64,000 nt of DNA. Source: Octopus sinensis. Lineage: Eukaryota. How positions within the stretch are numbered: position 1 is the stretch's first letter; each line of letters starts with the position of its first letter. The stretch is from positions 30,938,001 to 31,002,000 of the forward strand of contig NC_043001.1 of assembly GCF_006345805.1 (NCBI RefSeq), given 5' to 3'. Position numbers and translations under genes: made by a program. Under the pieces are notes generated by a model. The model was given only the letters and a program-made list of their open reading frames with translations, made no database searches and was not told where the DNA came from. This document shows, piece after piece, positions 49,282 through 62,950 of this stretch.

Positions 49282-52200
49282 CGTAAATAATTAGAAAAAC
49301 TCAATGTAGTATTCTGAATGTGATGACTATAGTCCAAGATATACATTTTACTTTCATGTTATATCCATCCATCCATCCATCATTGAAGGAACAAAAATCC
49401 AGTTAATTTTTCTTTATATCAAAATTTGTTTTGACTGCTTGTTATGGACAATTATAATTCTTTATAGGTCAGATTAAGTTAATAAGCCTAATGCAACCAT
49501 AACATTTATGCTGCCTATCTACTTATTGATAAAGGGTCAGATTAGATTTCTTATGATGTTGGCCTGAAATGCTGGCTAAGGAGAAGACATAATAAATCAA
49601 TCTGTTAAGATATCTTGTATGTTTGTGTCAGTGTCTGTTGTTTGGGAGTAAGTTCTGATATGGAGGAAGGAGTATGGCATCATTCTTCCAAAGACATGAC
49701 AAGTATTGCCTTCAAATTTATTTCTGTAACTTTTACAATTTCTAATAGTGATGGAATTTCTTTGCAAACGCTCCTTGTTTAGAGGAAATTGAGGAAAATG
49801 TTGAAAGTTTGAAGCTATAAGAAAAATTCATGTTATAAAGTGAAATTGAATATAATTATATTAAAATAGTTATAATTCTGTATTATTCAAACACACTATG
49901 ATATTCTAATGTAATTAACGAATATGATGTATTTGAAAAATATTTTTTCCAATATAAAATGAGAAAATATTTTTCTGCAAAATGATACTATAGATATTAC
50001 TCTCTTTATGTTGTAAAGTATTTGATTTTAATAGATGATTATAGCATTGTATATATCACTAATTTTTATGAATTAATTTAGCTGGTGATCTTATTGATTT
50101 AATTATACTCTTATTCTTTGAGAATTTATTAATGGCTGGCAGGTTGTGTATGACAACGAAATGAGAATGGGTTATGTTTTTCTTTCTTCCTTAAATGAAA
50201 ACTTCATAAGTGCAAAAGCTGGAGTTGACATCAACTGCTAAAGAGTCTCTTGTTTTCAGAATCACTATGCGGAAGGAAAACATTAAAAAATTAATTTTAA
50301 TATGTTAATTCAAAGCTGATTCAGATATGCATCAAACTGTATATTATACTATGTACTTTGCAGTACTATATAGTATCATTCTATTTATTATATCTCCTAG
50401 CTCTTCAATTCTGACTGAAGATTCCTCTTGGTCAAATATTCAAAACCACATTTTATATCTTTTCTCTGAGAGTGATTATTTCAAAGAGAGCATTTCTATT
50501 TCCTGGAAACAGAAATGCTATTTTGATTGCAAGTTAGTTTGAAACGCTTGAATGTTTTAACAGTTTTTGGTTGATGGATATCTTCAGGCAAGTTTCTTTT
50601 TTCATGCATGGCTGCGTGGTATGAAGTTTGGTTCCCAGTCACATAGTTTTGGTTTCAGACCTACTGTGTAGCACATTAGGCTACTGTCTTCTACCATAGA
50701 CCCAGGCCAACCAAAGATTTGGTAGACAGAAAATGAAAGAAGTCCATCATATATGTTTGTGTGTGTGTGCTTGAAATTGTCCTGCACCACCACTTAACAA
50801 CCATTATTGGTTTGTTATTTATTTACAATCCCATAACTTTGCAGTTTGGCACACAAGATCAATAGAATAAGTACAAGCTTAAAAAAAGATAAGCATTGAG
50901 GTCGATTCATTCGATTAAAACACTTCAGGGTTCAAAGATTGAAACAAGTAAAAGATAAAAGAATTGATATCAGTTTTCGTTTATGTGATATCATTCTTGT
51001 AGAAACTTATCTTTTGGTATGAGGTATAATTCTAATAAAGAGCTGCAACTGGCTTGGTCTGTGGGATGTCAGCTTATGAGCCAAAAGATTAACAGCATAT
51101 ATTCCTTTACTTGTGCTTAAATACTATCTTTCCTGGACCAGTCAACTTAACTTTAGATTGGCTCTATAGAAAGGTAAAATTTAGTAATGTGAATTGCAGT
51201 TGCACTGTATAGCCAAGGAACATTGTTTTGGCTTTGAGTCTGAGCCAAAGTGCTGTCCATTGAACTCCTTTTAAATGCTGATGTGTAGATGAAGTCTGTG
51301 GTTATGCATAAATATTTTGATGAGTTACTTGGCATTATGTCTTCAGCTTTTTCTAAAAGACAGCTTTTGCACATGTAAACACAATGTCTTTGAAGTGGAA
51401 TACAACTAGAATCTTAAGAAAGCTGACCTCAATACAAATAGATATATATTAGTTGTACCTAGTTTGAAAATAGAATGAAGAGTTATTTCAAGCTTATTAG
51501 GTGTTATTTTATTTCTTAGCATTCTCACGAAAGCTTTCAGATATTATTTTACACAAAAGTTGGATAATTTCAGTTTCCTAGTTCTTCGTCTGTTGTGGTT
51601 GGAAGATTTGAATTTGAAATTATATGATAGCTCTGGTATTCAACAGTGTGGGTATGGTTGTGTTGTATATTTATTATAAATTATATATTTAATTATAAAA
51701 TCTATGAATGTTATTGAATGAAATGTTATAAGTTCATACTAGGAATATGGCTAGTATAAATATTTGTTGAACATTTTACCTCTTCATGTTAATGATTTGG
51801 TGTACAGTAAAAGACCATTCAAATTGAAAACTACAAGTCTTCTAATTCATGTCAATATCTGAAAGAGAATTTGTTAATCCATCTATGCTTGTATTGACAG
51901 ATGGATGTAAAAAAGAGAATTTATAAAGGTATATCAAAGTAATAAAATCTGATTATCATCATTCATGATAATTGCACAATGTTGTATTTACAAAGTATCC
52001 TGTTGTAAAGATTTCCATACACTCAATTTCTATATTACAGTTTTCTGTTTTGCTTGGTAGCCAGTATTTACAAACAGTTTATCTGAAATCAATTTCCATG
52101 ATGTTATTGTTATATTGATATTCACAATATGAACACTTTTTTCTTGTTTTCTGAAATGTTTCGTTACTCCAAATTGAAGCAAAAAGTGAATAAATTATAA

Positions 52201-52291
52201 TTCCTCCCATAATTTCTTTTACTCTATAGTTTGTTAATTATTAAAAAGAAAACCTTGGATTGTAGAGTGACCCGCTGTTCTCGAGGAGATC

Positions 52292-54970
52292 TGTAACGAA
52301 CTTAGTGAATATATCTTCTCTTGTACTTTCGGAGTACAAGAGGCAATCACTAGCCATTGCTTTAATAATCCAGAATCCTACCAGTCAGAAACAACAAGAC
52401 GCAGACGTAAAAGATATATATACTACTTTATTCTCTAATGTGGTAACAGTAACAATAAGTGGTTATCTAGTATCCCTTTGGTATAAATGTGTCAGTGCTG
52501 AACCTTATCGCTGTAAAATAAGAAAGTGTTCAAATGCAAAACGACACTGGTCAAAGATGGCGTCCGGAACAGGGAGAAGATGTGGTCTGCAACAATTTGG
52601 TTAAAGGCCTTTTGGTAAAGCTGCTGCTAGAATCAAGTTCGGACGGAGAAAAAATATTTGACGTCCTGCTCCCTCGGTCGCTGCTGTCTCAAGTCGCTGC
52701 TTGCTGGACGCTGGTGGTCAACGTCTTACGATCCCCTTGCCTCGGCTAACTGCTACGTAGGCAAAAGGGTTCTTCTTCCGGTGGTGAAAGCACCAACCCC
52801 GCACGCGCGAAATACAAATGGACGGTGCGCGAGCGCGCGCCGTTGTATAGGATCACTACAGAGCTCCACCCCAGTGCGTAAACACGACACAAAATTCCCT
52901 GTAGTGACTATAAAACTCAAGGTGGACACCAGATAACCAAATAGCACACAATATAATAAAATGGCAAAATTTACAATATACATAAGAAATCTACCAAAAG
53001 GAAAAAAAATACTCAAAATGAGCAAAATTCAAAAGTGCATGCATGAAAGTGGATACGTCACAAAGTATAGAGCCTTCCGCTGTAGGGAGCGGGAGGAAAG
53101 CAAACTCACAGTTAATGAACCTAGGCGAAATTAAATCCAACTTCTCTAAAGGTAGTTGATCCTGCGAAATAGCAGTTAAGTCAATTGCTGCAGGAGAGGA
53201 AATGGAATCGACAGATAGATCGCTAGTAACACAAAAGCAAAAGTGCAAGCATGCTGGTGTGATGCGCGACACAGATAATTTTCTCTGTTAATTACGTGAC
53301 CAACAGGAGTCTAACAGGGAAAAATAATTACGCCCATACATAGGCGCAGCGCATGTGAACATCCGACATTCTATGAGTCGGGAAAAGAATTAAGCTAACG
53401 CAAACGTGTTGCAAAAAACAAGGCAATACACGTGCGAAGCAAAGGCGCATGAAATGCAATAGGGCTTGCCAGACCGAAAAAAAACAGCAATGAATATGCC
53501 AGTGGTTGAGCGATTATATGCCTCGTTCGTACAGGAACAAAGGTATGGCATGCCGGCGCGTTATAATGGACAAACAATCCTCTCTATGTATACGTGACCG
53601 ACCTAGGGTCTATAGAAATGAGGTGTGTCCACAAAAGGCAAATTTAGCATGGAAAAAAAACAAGCGAGAAAAGCATGTGTGACGTATGTATGTGAGAGAT
53701 AGCATTTATGTGTGTGTACGTGTGTGCGACAAAAATACATACAAGGTGAAATGCGAGCAAAAAAATAAAAATACAGCGCATAGGAAAAATGTCTCTCAGT
53801 GCTATTCCAGACAATGGAGTTAATTTACCAGTCTGTAATAGCCTGATGCACAATAGCAGTTCGTTCTGTAACAGAATGTTGAGATCACAAATGCAGATGC
53901 CGATTGGACACATATCGTGTAACGGTTGTGGCTTCAATGCTGTGACAGGTTAACTGGAACAGAAGAATCTCGTAGATAGTGCTGGGCTGTTAATTCTTGG
54001 CGCGCTATGTACGAACAGCGTGAAAGCTAAAGTTCCGCGAGTTGCTATGTACATCTTGGTCGACGGTGTTGAAAGGCGACGGTGGTGGTGGAAGGCGACT
54101 GTAGTGGACTTGAGACAACATTGTTCTTAGTGGTGATGGCGACGAAGATAACGACGACGTGAAGTAGAAAGACGACGATGGCGATGACGAAGGCAGAGAA
54201 ATAGCATCGATGATGTGATGGCGTCCGTCATTATGTTGAAGAATAAAAAGGGTCCTTCTATAACGGTCCGAGAGGACGGAAACAAATCGTCGAAAGATGA
54301 ATGCGTAGAGTTAATCGTGTTCCGACTTCGCAGAAAAACTGGATTTCTTTGTTGATAAGTGATCTCTGGTTTTAGACCAGAATCACGTCGGGGGTCACCA
54401 GTGTAACGAACTTAGTGAATATATCTTCTCTTGTACTTTCGGAGTACAAGAGGCAATCACTAGCCATTGCTTTAATAATCCAGAATTCTACCAGTCAGAA
54501 ACAACAGGACGCAGACGTAAAAGATATATATACTACTTTATTCTCTAATGTGGTAACAGTAACAATAAGTGGTTATCTGGTATCCCTTTGGTATAAATGT
54601 GTCAGTGCTGAACCTTATCGCTGTAAAATAAGAAAGTGTTCAAATGCAAAACGACACTGGTCAAAGATGGCGTCCGGAACAGGGAGAAGATGTGGTCTGC
54701 AACAATTTGGTTAAAGGCCTTTTGGTAAAGCTGCTGCTAGAATCAAGTTCGGACGGAGAAAAAATATTTGACGTCCTGCTCCCTCGGTCGCTGCTGTCTC
54801 AAGTCGCTGCTTGCTGGACGCTGGTGGTCAACGTCTTACGATCCCCTTGCCTCGGCTAACTGCTACGTAGACAAAAGGGTTCTTCTTCCGGTGGTGAAAG
54901 CACCAACCCCGCACGCGCGAAATACAAATGGACGGTGTGCGAGCGCGCGCCGTTGTATAGGATCACTACA
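52292..54970 (-). mobile_element. Non-autonomous LTR retrotransposon, probably Ty3/Gypsy: LTRs 52292-52860 and 54402-54970, 1541-bp non-coding interior
   Basis: 569-bp direct repeats TGT...ACA with 5 substitutions counted by eye; TSD GATC 52288-52291 / 54971-54974; PBS complementary to tRNA-Trp 3' end at 54381-54400; purine tract 52864-52872; AATAAA on minus strand at 52427-52432. Confidence 0.93.
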
Positions 54971-55813
54971 GATCTATTGAGTCAAGTACGTCAACACCAA
55001 CATCAAAATAAAAATCAAAGGGAAATTGTAGTTGTGATACCCGTGCCGGTGGCATGTAAAAAGCACTGTCCAAACGTGGCAGATGCCAGTGCCGCCTGAC
55101 TAGCGTCTGTGTCGGTGACACGTAAAAGCACCAACTGATCGTGGCCGTTTGCCAGCCTGTGCCAGTGGCATGTAAAAAGCACCCACTACACTCCCGAAGT
55201 GCTTGACGTTAGGAAGGGCATCCAGCTGTAGAAACACTGCCAGATCAGACTGGAGCCTGGTGCAGCCTCCTGGCTTCCCAGACCCCAGTTGAACCATCCA
55301 ACCCATGCTAGCATGATGATGATGAAAAGCAAAATCAAACTTCAATGATTCATTGTTTATTAAATTGAGCTGCAAATTCTCCTTCAAAATGCACCTTACT
55401 GTATTAAAAAGAGAAGACCTGTCTCTTGGATAAAGAAATCCTGGAGGCATTATATCTCAAAGACAGGATGATGGAAGCATGAACCCGTTGATCAAAAGTT
55501 CACTGAGTCAGGACTGATTCAAGGCTAAACAACTTATTAAGTCCTCAATATGCCACAGAAATATCTCTCTTTTTAAAGAATTCCAAGTGAGGTACAATGG
55601 GTTGTAGGAAAATTTAAGTTCATTACTGCAAGCTTCTACTACCTATAATTACTGAGATGGTTATCATTGGTAGAATATCTGCGTTGTGTTGGTGACAGAA
55701 TGTGAATTACAAAAGTTTTAATTTATTGGCTGATAATCTACCAACTTGTTATAGTGATAAACATTAAACTCCTGTGTGATTAAAAGATGGACTTGTTGAA
55801 CGCTTATAAAGAG

Positions 55814-56318
55814 TACCGTAAATCCTCGAGTATAATTCGCATTTTTTCCCCAAAATTTAACGGTCAAAATCCCTAGTGCATACTATATACAAGGTTAAAA
55901 ATGAAATATATTTTCTAAGCAATGTCCGATTCTCTATTTGCTGCCTGGCTATGTTTATTCAGACGCATTTTGTGATGTCAGGCACGAAAATACCTTAAGC
56001 TACGCCTGAGAGCAATGAAGTCATAAAAGAATCATCCATAACTTGCAGTAAGCAACATTTATTAAACGTTATTACTGTTATTTCTTTATTTTCTGCAAAC
56101 AAAATGCACAAAAAAGCTACACGTTTGCATTATGTTATATATACAATAACAATAATAATAAAGGACGTTACCGTATACATTTTTACAAACCAAGGACGTT
56201 ATATAGACCTCTTTGACTCAAGTTAGAGAAGAGGTGCGTATTATACACAAGGTTTAGGTTTTTCAGAGGTACAGCTCCCTAAAAATCCCCTGCGGGCTAT
56301 ACTCGAGGATCTACGGTA
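55814..56318. mobile_element. Tc1/mariner-pogo-type MITE (TA TSD); truncated right end of the same family at 27921-28000
   Basis: TIRs TACCGTAAATCCTCGAGTATA / TATACTCGAGGATCTACGGTA. Confidence 0.8.
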
Positions 56319-56910
56319 ACATTATTGTCGAGATGACAGAGTGCGTGGCTGATAAAAGAAATAACAGGGCGTTCGGAGTCTTGCGTAGCAGTAATCGAAG
56401 TACGTCGTGTGAATACATTACTTTACCCCACTTCGTCATATCATATATCCAAATGCAAGACTATAAAACAACCCTACCAACTGTCACTATCACATTTGTA
56501 ATTAGTATCTATTTTATCTGATCGTTTACTATCACTCCCATTAGTTTATTTAACTGTCATGAAACTTTGCCAGGGATATATATAAAAAAAAATAATTATA
56601 TATTTATATATGTGAACTCTTTGTATCTTTTCATTTACTTTGATTTCAAATTCTGTTTTTTAATCCTGCATTACCTTGTGAGGAGATAGTTACCTCCCTT
56701 TGTATTAATAGCCATCGAGAGGGTACCATGTGGTTAAATTGTAGATTTTTGTCAAAATTTTTCTTTGATGAAAAGTTATTACACATTGATACATTGAGAC
56801 CTGTGTTCTCACTGTGGTTTTTAGTAACGAAGCTTTGGCTATTCTACTCTCTGACTTTCTTCCAGTGTCTGACATATTTAGCAATATTCTTAGCTGGATG
56901 TGTAATGTAA

Positions 56911-57312
56911 AGGATGTTTTCGGTTTGAACGGCAGTTTTTAAAAATAATTTCCACGTAACTAAACACTTTTAAACTTCGTATATTGGTAGAATGTGTTTA
57001 TAAAACATCTTTTTCTCTTGGCTTTATTGAGAAAATTCTATAGTTTGTAAGATATTTGTTGTTTTTTTTCTGCAATTTCAACCAATTAATGACGTCTATT
57101 GAGGTGAAAACATTCTGTGCCGTATGAATATGTCCCTCATTTAAGAAACAGATTGGGTTTATTTACATTTCTGAAGAAAAAAGATACCCTTCCCCCAACC
57201 CCTAACCCTAAAACAGATTGAAATGCAATAGATCGATACTAGGGTCATAATTATGGGTGACAATTTCATATGACACCGCTAGAAAAAAACTGCCGTTCAA
57301 ACCGAAAAGATC
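56911..57312. mobile_element. MITE with internal (CCCTAA)n; second copy 58035-58466, fragment about 60040-60155
   Basis: TIRs GGATSTTTTCGGTTTGAACGGCAGTTTT / AAAACTGCCGTTCAAACCGAAAAGATCC; the two copies are nearly collinear. Confidence 0.75.
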
Positions 57313-57349
57313 CGTATGTAAATTTATATGTGCAACAGAGTGCTAGTGT

Positions 57350-57419
<70 letters not shown>

Positions 57420-57424
<5 letters not shown>

Positions 57425-57955
57425 AGGCATAAGAGGAATTATATTCAGTGTGCAAGAGGGAAGACTACGCTGGTTTAAGTCATGTGATGCAGATGGATGC
57501 TGATAGCGCCATGAAGAAATGTCGTTCACTCAAAGGGGATGGAATTCGTGCAAGAGAGCAACACAGGAAGACGTGTATAATGTGCCGCTACACATGGGAC
57601 GAAGTATTGAAGGGCAATCTCAGACCGCTGAACCTTTCGGACGAGATGATAAAGGACTGGGATACCTAGTGCCTTGCTATATTCAAGAAGACCTGCTCTC
57701 CACAGCAGAAGTGTTAAAGCCGTATCTCCTGGCGAAAGGGATTGGCCTGCAGGAGTCCTGAGCCAGTGGCATGTAAAAAGCACTCGTACTAGTGTCACGT
57801 AAAAGCGCTCGTGCCGGTGTCACGTTAAAAGTACCCATCACTTACTGCAAAGTGGTTGGCGTTAGGAAAGGCATCCAGCCGTAGAAACCAAGCCAAATCA
57901 GACTGGAACCTGGTGTCAGCATAGAAAACGGACGTTAAAGGACGAGGATGATGAA
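57420..57955 (+). mobile_element. RTE-clade LINE 3' end (RT C-terminus plus 3' UTR and (GAT)n tail)
   Basis: LGIRGI...VQEGRLRWF/HVMQMD...KKCRSL...WDEV; continues into the 3' UTR shared with many short copies. Confidence 0.75.
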
Positions 57956-60559
57956 TCTTTTTTAAATTCAGTGTTACCATTCCGTTGTCCATATCCGGCA
58001 TATTCTCTATATTATTTTACTACTTGTAATGTACATATTCGGATCTGTTCGGTTTGAACGGCAGTTTTTAAAAATAATTTCCACGTAACTAAACACTTTT
58101 AAACTTCGTATACTGGTAGAATGTGTTTTATAAAACATCTTTTTCTCTTGGCTTTATTGAGAAAATTCTATAGTTTGTAAGATATTTGTTGTTTTTTTCT
58201 TCTTCAATTTCTGCAATTTCAACCAATCACTGACGTCTATTGAGATGAAAGCATTCTGTGCCGTAAGAATATGTCCCTCGTTTAAGAAACAGAAGAAAAA
58301 AAGATACCCTTCCCCCCACCCCTAACCCTAACCCTAACTAACCCTAACCCTAACCCTAAAACAGATTGAAATGCAATAGATCGATACTAGGATCATAATT
58401 ATGGGTGACAATTTCATATGACACCGTTAGAAAAACTGCCGTTCAAACCGAAAAGATACGAATATTCTATTATGTTTTGAACCAGAATCCATGCCTTTGG
58501 TCCAACCCATGCTAGTATAGAAGATGGACGTTAAAAGACGATGATTTATCTGCTTCGCATTGGCTGTTGGAAGACAGGGTATTTGATACTACAGTAGAAA
58601 TTAATATTCGTATTTTGGCTGAGTTGGTTTCTTGCTACTCTGAGCTTCGCCTGTGCTTCAGTGCCTCCGTTGGAATAGTTTCTATGGCTGGATGTGTTGC
58701 ATGGGAGCAGAGACAGGCAAAAATGATGAACAAGCGTGAAAAGGTGGTCAGTAGTAAATATGAGTTGAATAGAAGGTAGAGGAGAAGAGGTGAGGAATGG
58801 TAGTACAGTATTACATTTTTAATATTCTTGAGAAATATATGAATGTCACATGCTCTCCTTGAAACTAAAAGGTTCTCGGCTTATGTAAGAAATCGCTCAC
58901 TCTATTGACATTATATAACAAGCAAACTTTTGGCGGCCAAAATACACGCTACATCTACACTATGCTACCACACTCAGCTAGAGCTCTGAAAATCACTTCA
59001 ATCGTTGAGTCCCCGAAGATATGTTTTGGCAAAAACACATCCTTAACGTAACCAGGATCAATTTCCAGCGACCAGCTTTTCTATCGCTCAAAAATCAATG
59101 GAAATTGTAGTTGTGATACCAGTGCCGGTGGCACGTAAAAGAACCATCCGAACGTGGCCGTTGCCAGCGCCGCCCCGACTGGCCTCCGTGCCGGTGGCAC
59201 GTAAAAAGAACCACCCGATCGTGGCCGTTGCCAGCCTCGCCTGGCACCGTGCCGGTGGCACGTAAAAAAACACCCACTACACTCACGGAGTGGTTGGCGT
59301 TAGGAAGGGCATCCAGCTGTAGAAACACTGCCAGATCAGACTGGGCCTGGTGCAGCCTCCTGGCTTCCCAGACCCCAGTCGAACCGTCCAACCCATGCTA
59401 GCATGGAAAGCGGACGTTAAACGATGATGATCTATCTATAAGATACTTCATTCTCTAACAATTATTTTACAAAGCTCAGCTGAGATTCTCACACAGTGCA
59501 TTACTCTCACATATGGGACATTACTGCTGTTGGTGTCCACAAACATCATAGACCACTGCCAGAAAAAGGCTACTCCGTTGATTAGTCATTAAGTCACTCA
59601 CAGACATGCTCTAGCTTCTTTCCTACAAGTGTATTGTCTCCTCTCTATGCTTTTTCGACCGCATGTATAATGGGGTTTACTTCTTGATGTTGGCTAGGTT
59701 CAGGCCACTCCTGTCCTACTTATCTTTTCTCCTCCCATAATCCTTGTGTGTCCATCCACTCGCAGGCCCTGCCCTAGTCAGTCCTTCCCAGAACGACAGT
59801 CCTTTGGAATTCTCTCCATGTTCATATTTTCGTTGACTTACATAAATCCAAGGGGAACATTAATGGAACCAATTCTCACCGGTTTGGAAAGGCCTGCAAA
59901 GGCTATGGACACTGCGACGTCTTCCAGTCTCAGCAAGTACAAAAAAAAAAAGAAAAAGAAAAATGGAACGAAATGTTAATGAAATTTGATACGGAGCTTG
60001 CCAAGTCGAAAGTTACTGTTTTGAATGAGTTTGATGCATTTCGGCAATTTTAACCAATCAATTACCTCCATTGACGTAAATAACATTCTGTGCATAATGA
60101 ATATGTCCCTCCTTTAAGAAACAGATTGGGTTTATTTACATTTGTGAAGAAAAAGATTTAATTCTTCGTCGTGGTATAAACAAAATAAAGCGATAAAAAG
60201 ATTGCATGGAACAGATTTAAATAACAACATGGTGAAGATTTTAAGTAAGTTTATTTTCATAGGCTTTAAGTGACATCGATTGCCAGAGTTAAAATATTCT
60301 TCATTATTTGGAAAGTGTAGGAAAATAAAAAGACGTGTATGTTGTATCTGCAATTTCTATTAATTATGGGAGTTACCTTAATATGTAATAAGAGAGATAA
60401 GACAATTTGAGGCTATTGCAATGTGTATGTTTGTGTGAAGAGAGCCTTTAAATAAGAGTATAATGGTAACTTGGCGAATGTTTTCGACGAAGCAGTATCT
60501 CCACTAAGGATTTCAGCTATTGATTAAGCTCCCGAGAAACTAAACTAGAGAGCTGACGT

Positions 60560-60625
60560 TTAATCATCTTCCATGTATTTTGTCTGCTGGCCAGTGTAGG
60601 CTGGAAGAACCATCTTGGAATTGGC
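60560..60625 (-). CDS. Calponin-homology protein, terminal exon ANSKMVLPAYTGQQTKYMEDD*
   Basis: Strong ttttcttcttttgcag acceptor, phase 0, TAA at 60562-60560. The 5' exon(s) were not found in the window. Confidence 0.8.
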   Translation of the reverse strand, partial: ANSKMVLPAYTGQQTKYMEDD

Positions 60626-61022
60626 CTGCAAAAGAAGAAAAGTAACTCAGTGACACAAAATGAAGGAATATTTGGTGTAAAATTTAGAGTGAATCACTGT
60701 AGAATGAGTGGTTTAAGAATGATTAACTGTGTTTTTCGGTAAATTTTCTTTTGAATGCAGTTTAGAATACAAAAAACTCAGACCTGAACCTCCCAGCCAG
60801 GAGAGAATTATTTTCCAGAAAAGAACGCAATTTAAAGCAATTTAAAGCTTTCATTTAGGAAAGCGAAAATTTTATTGGAGATGAGACAGCATTACAACCA
60901 TATCTACACTCACTATACTTCATGAGTGAAGGAGCTAAACCAGTTTATATTAATGAATTCATATACAACTTTTTTGTCTTTTCGAGATAAGTGTAAACGA
61001 AACAGAATAGAAGAATACTTAC

Positions 61023-61245
61023 CAAAAATCCTAAAGAGTGAAGGCAGTTGATGACATTAAGGAAGGGTCCTTTTTTGCCTTCAGTTAAGTCATTGCTCTG
61101 GAAAAGAGCTTCCTTATTGAGGCCAAAACTTTCACAACCTTTCGAGAAGTTCTCGATGTTTCCCATGGCAGCGAAGGGGGACTTCACGTTCTTGGCGTAA
61201 GATATGGCAGATTTGCCATCAGTTTCCAGCAACTTGTTGATAAGT
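61023..61245 (-). CDS. Calponin-homology protein, main exon LINKLLETDGK...PFAAMGNIENFSKGCESFGLNKEALFQSNDLTEGK...VINCLHSLGFL
   Basis: ttcag acceptor, TTG|GTAAGT donor; F..M.NI.NF...C..(Y/F)G.....LFQ..DL.E motif of calponin/transgelin CH domains. Confidence 0.92.
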
Positions 61246-62950
61246 CTGAAATAATAATGTCACCCATAAATATTTGAACAGTAAGAATATATGATATACG
61301 TGCATTTCTAAGCTTATTTGTAACAACTATTTCTAATTGAGGTTGAGGGCCAGCAATTTTGAGGAGAGGAGCATAGTCAATTACTTCGACTTGATTCGTA
61401 CTTCATTTTATCTATTCTGAAAAGATGAAAGGCAAGGTCGACCTTGGTGGGATTTGAACCCAGAACGTAAAGGGCCGGAACAAATACTTATTTCTTTATT
61501 ACCCACAAGGGGCTAAACACAGAGGGGACAAACAAGGACAGACATAGGTATTAAGTCGATTACATCGACCCCAGTGCGTAACTGGTACTTAATTTATCGA
61601 CCCCGAAAGGATGAAAGGCAAAGTCGACCTCGGCGGAATTTGAACTCACAACGTAACGCAGACGAAATACCGCTAAGCATTCCGTCCGGTGTGCTAACGT
61701 TTCTGCCAGCTCGCCGCCGGAACAAATACTGTGAAGTATTTTTCCAACGCTGTAACCATTTTGCCAATCCATCTCCCTTAAGTTCATTTGTAAAAATGAT
61801 TTCAAATTATTGGCACAAGCCCAGCAATTTCGGTGGAGGGGATAAATCGATCACACCGACCCCACTGTTCAACTGGTACTTATTTTGTCGACCCTGAAGG
61901 GATGAAAGGCAAAGTCGACCTTGGTGGAATTTGAATTCAGAACGTAAAGACAGACGAAATGTCGAAAAGAATGATATATTCATTCTATAACATATTTGGT
62001 TGTTACGTTAATGTTAACATTTTATGCCGTGAGTATTCAAATGTTAATTATGCGTCGAGGAATAATTAAAGTAATATTAACCATTGGTTTGTGTTGCTAG
62101 ATGAACTAGGCCGTTGAGATCTATGTGTCCTTATCGCGATCACGACGTGGTATTAGTGACTAGATATGAACTAGCGATCACGGCGCGGAGTAGTCGAGTC
62201 CCCATGGATTCATAAAATTAACTGAATGTTCTGTAGTTTTGTTCCTTGTCTTCGACCCTTGATATTTCATTAGTTGTCAATTTGACGGTAAAAACAGCGC
62301 CCGACATAACGTCACCACCTAGCCCATGGATCCCTTTCGCAAAGTCCACTCTGCTGCAAAGTGTGGGACTAGATTTAGAGTCTGAGAGTGATTCTCTCCT
62401 TTCCATTTACCATTTTAGAGGTCTGAAAAACGTCACGAGTCGTGTACTACTTCCTCTGACCAAGCCATAAAATGTAGACACAGCAGTGTTATGAAGTATA
62501 CTGTGTAAAACACCTCCAGCCCTGTACAACTGACGCGCATATCGTCAGTTTGTATTTGTGACTTCTGTTCCTACAGTGAGTATAATCAAACCAAAGGAAT
62601 ACAGAGCATGAAAAAAAGCGGCGAGCTGGCAGAAATGTTAGCACGCCGGGCGAAATGCGTAGCCGTATTTCGTCTGCCATAACGTTCTGAGTTCAAATTC
62701 CGCCGAGGTCGACTTTGCCTTTCATCCTTTTCGGGGTCGATAAATTAAGTACCAGTTACGCACTGGGGTCGATATAATCGACTTAATCCGTTTGTCTGTC
62801 CTTGTTTGTCCTCTCTGTGTTTAGCCCCTTGTGGGTAGTAAAAAAAATACATAGCATAAAAATATTCTCCTCGTTCATGTAAATAAGACCTAAAGAAATT
62901 TAAATAGACTATTTGAATAAAGTACAATTAAAAAAATATATATATTTTAC

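Noticed and set aside
52305-52936. Duplicated ORFs (also 54415-54980) as a gene duplication
   Set aside because: They are incidental frames within the two LTRs.
58315-58360. Telomere or chromosome end
   Set aside because: Short hexamer run internal to a TIR element.
59100-59280. CRISPR-like regularly spaced repeats
   Set aside because: Spacers are themselves homologous, the array is part of a dispersed RTE 3' UTR, and the context is eukaryotic.
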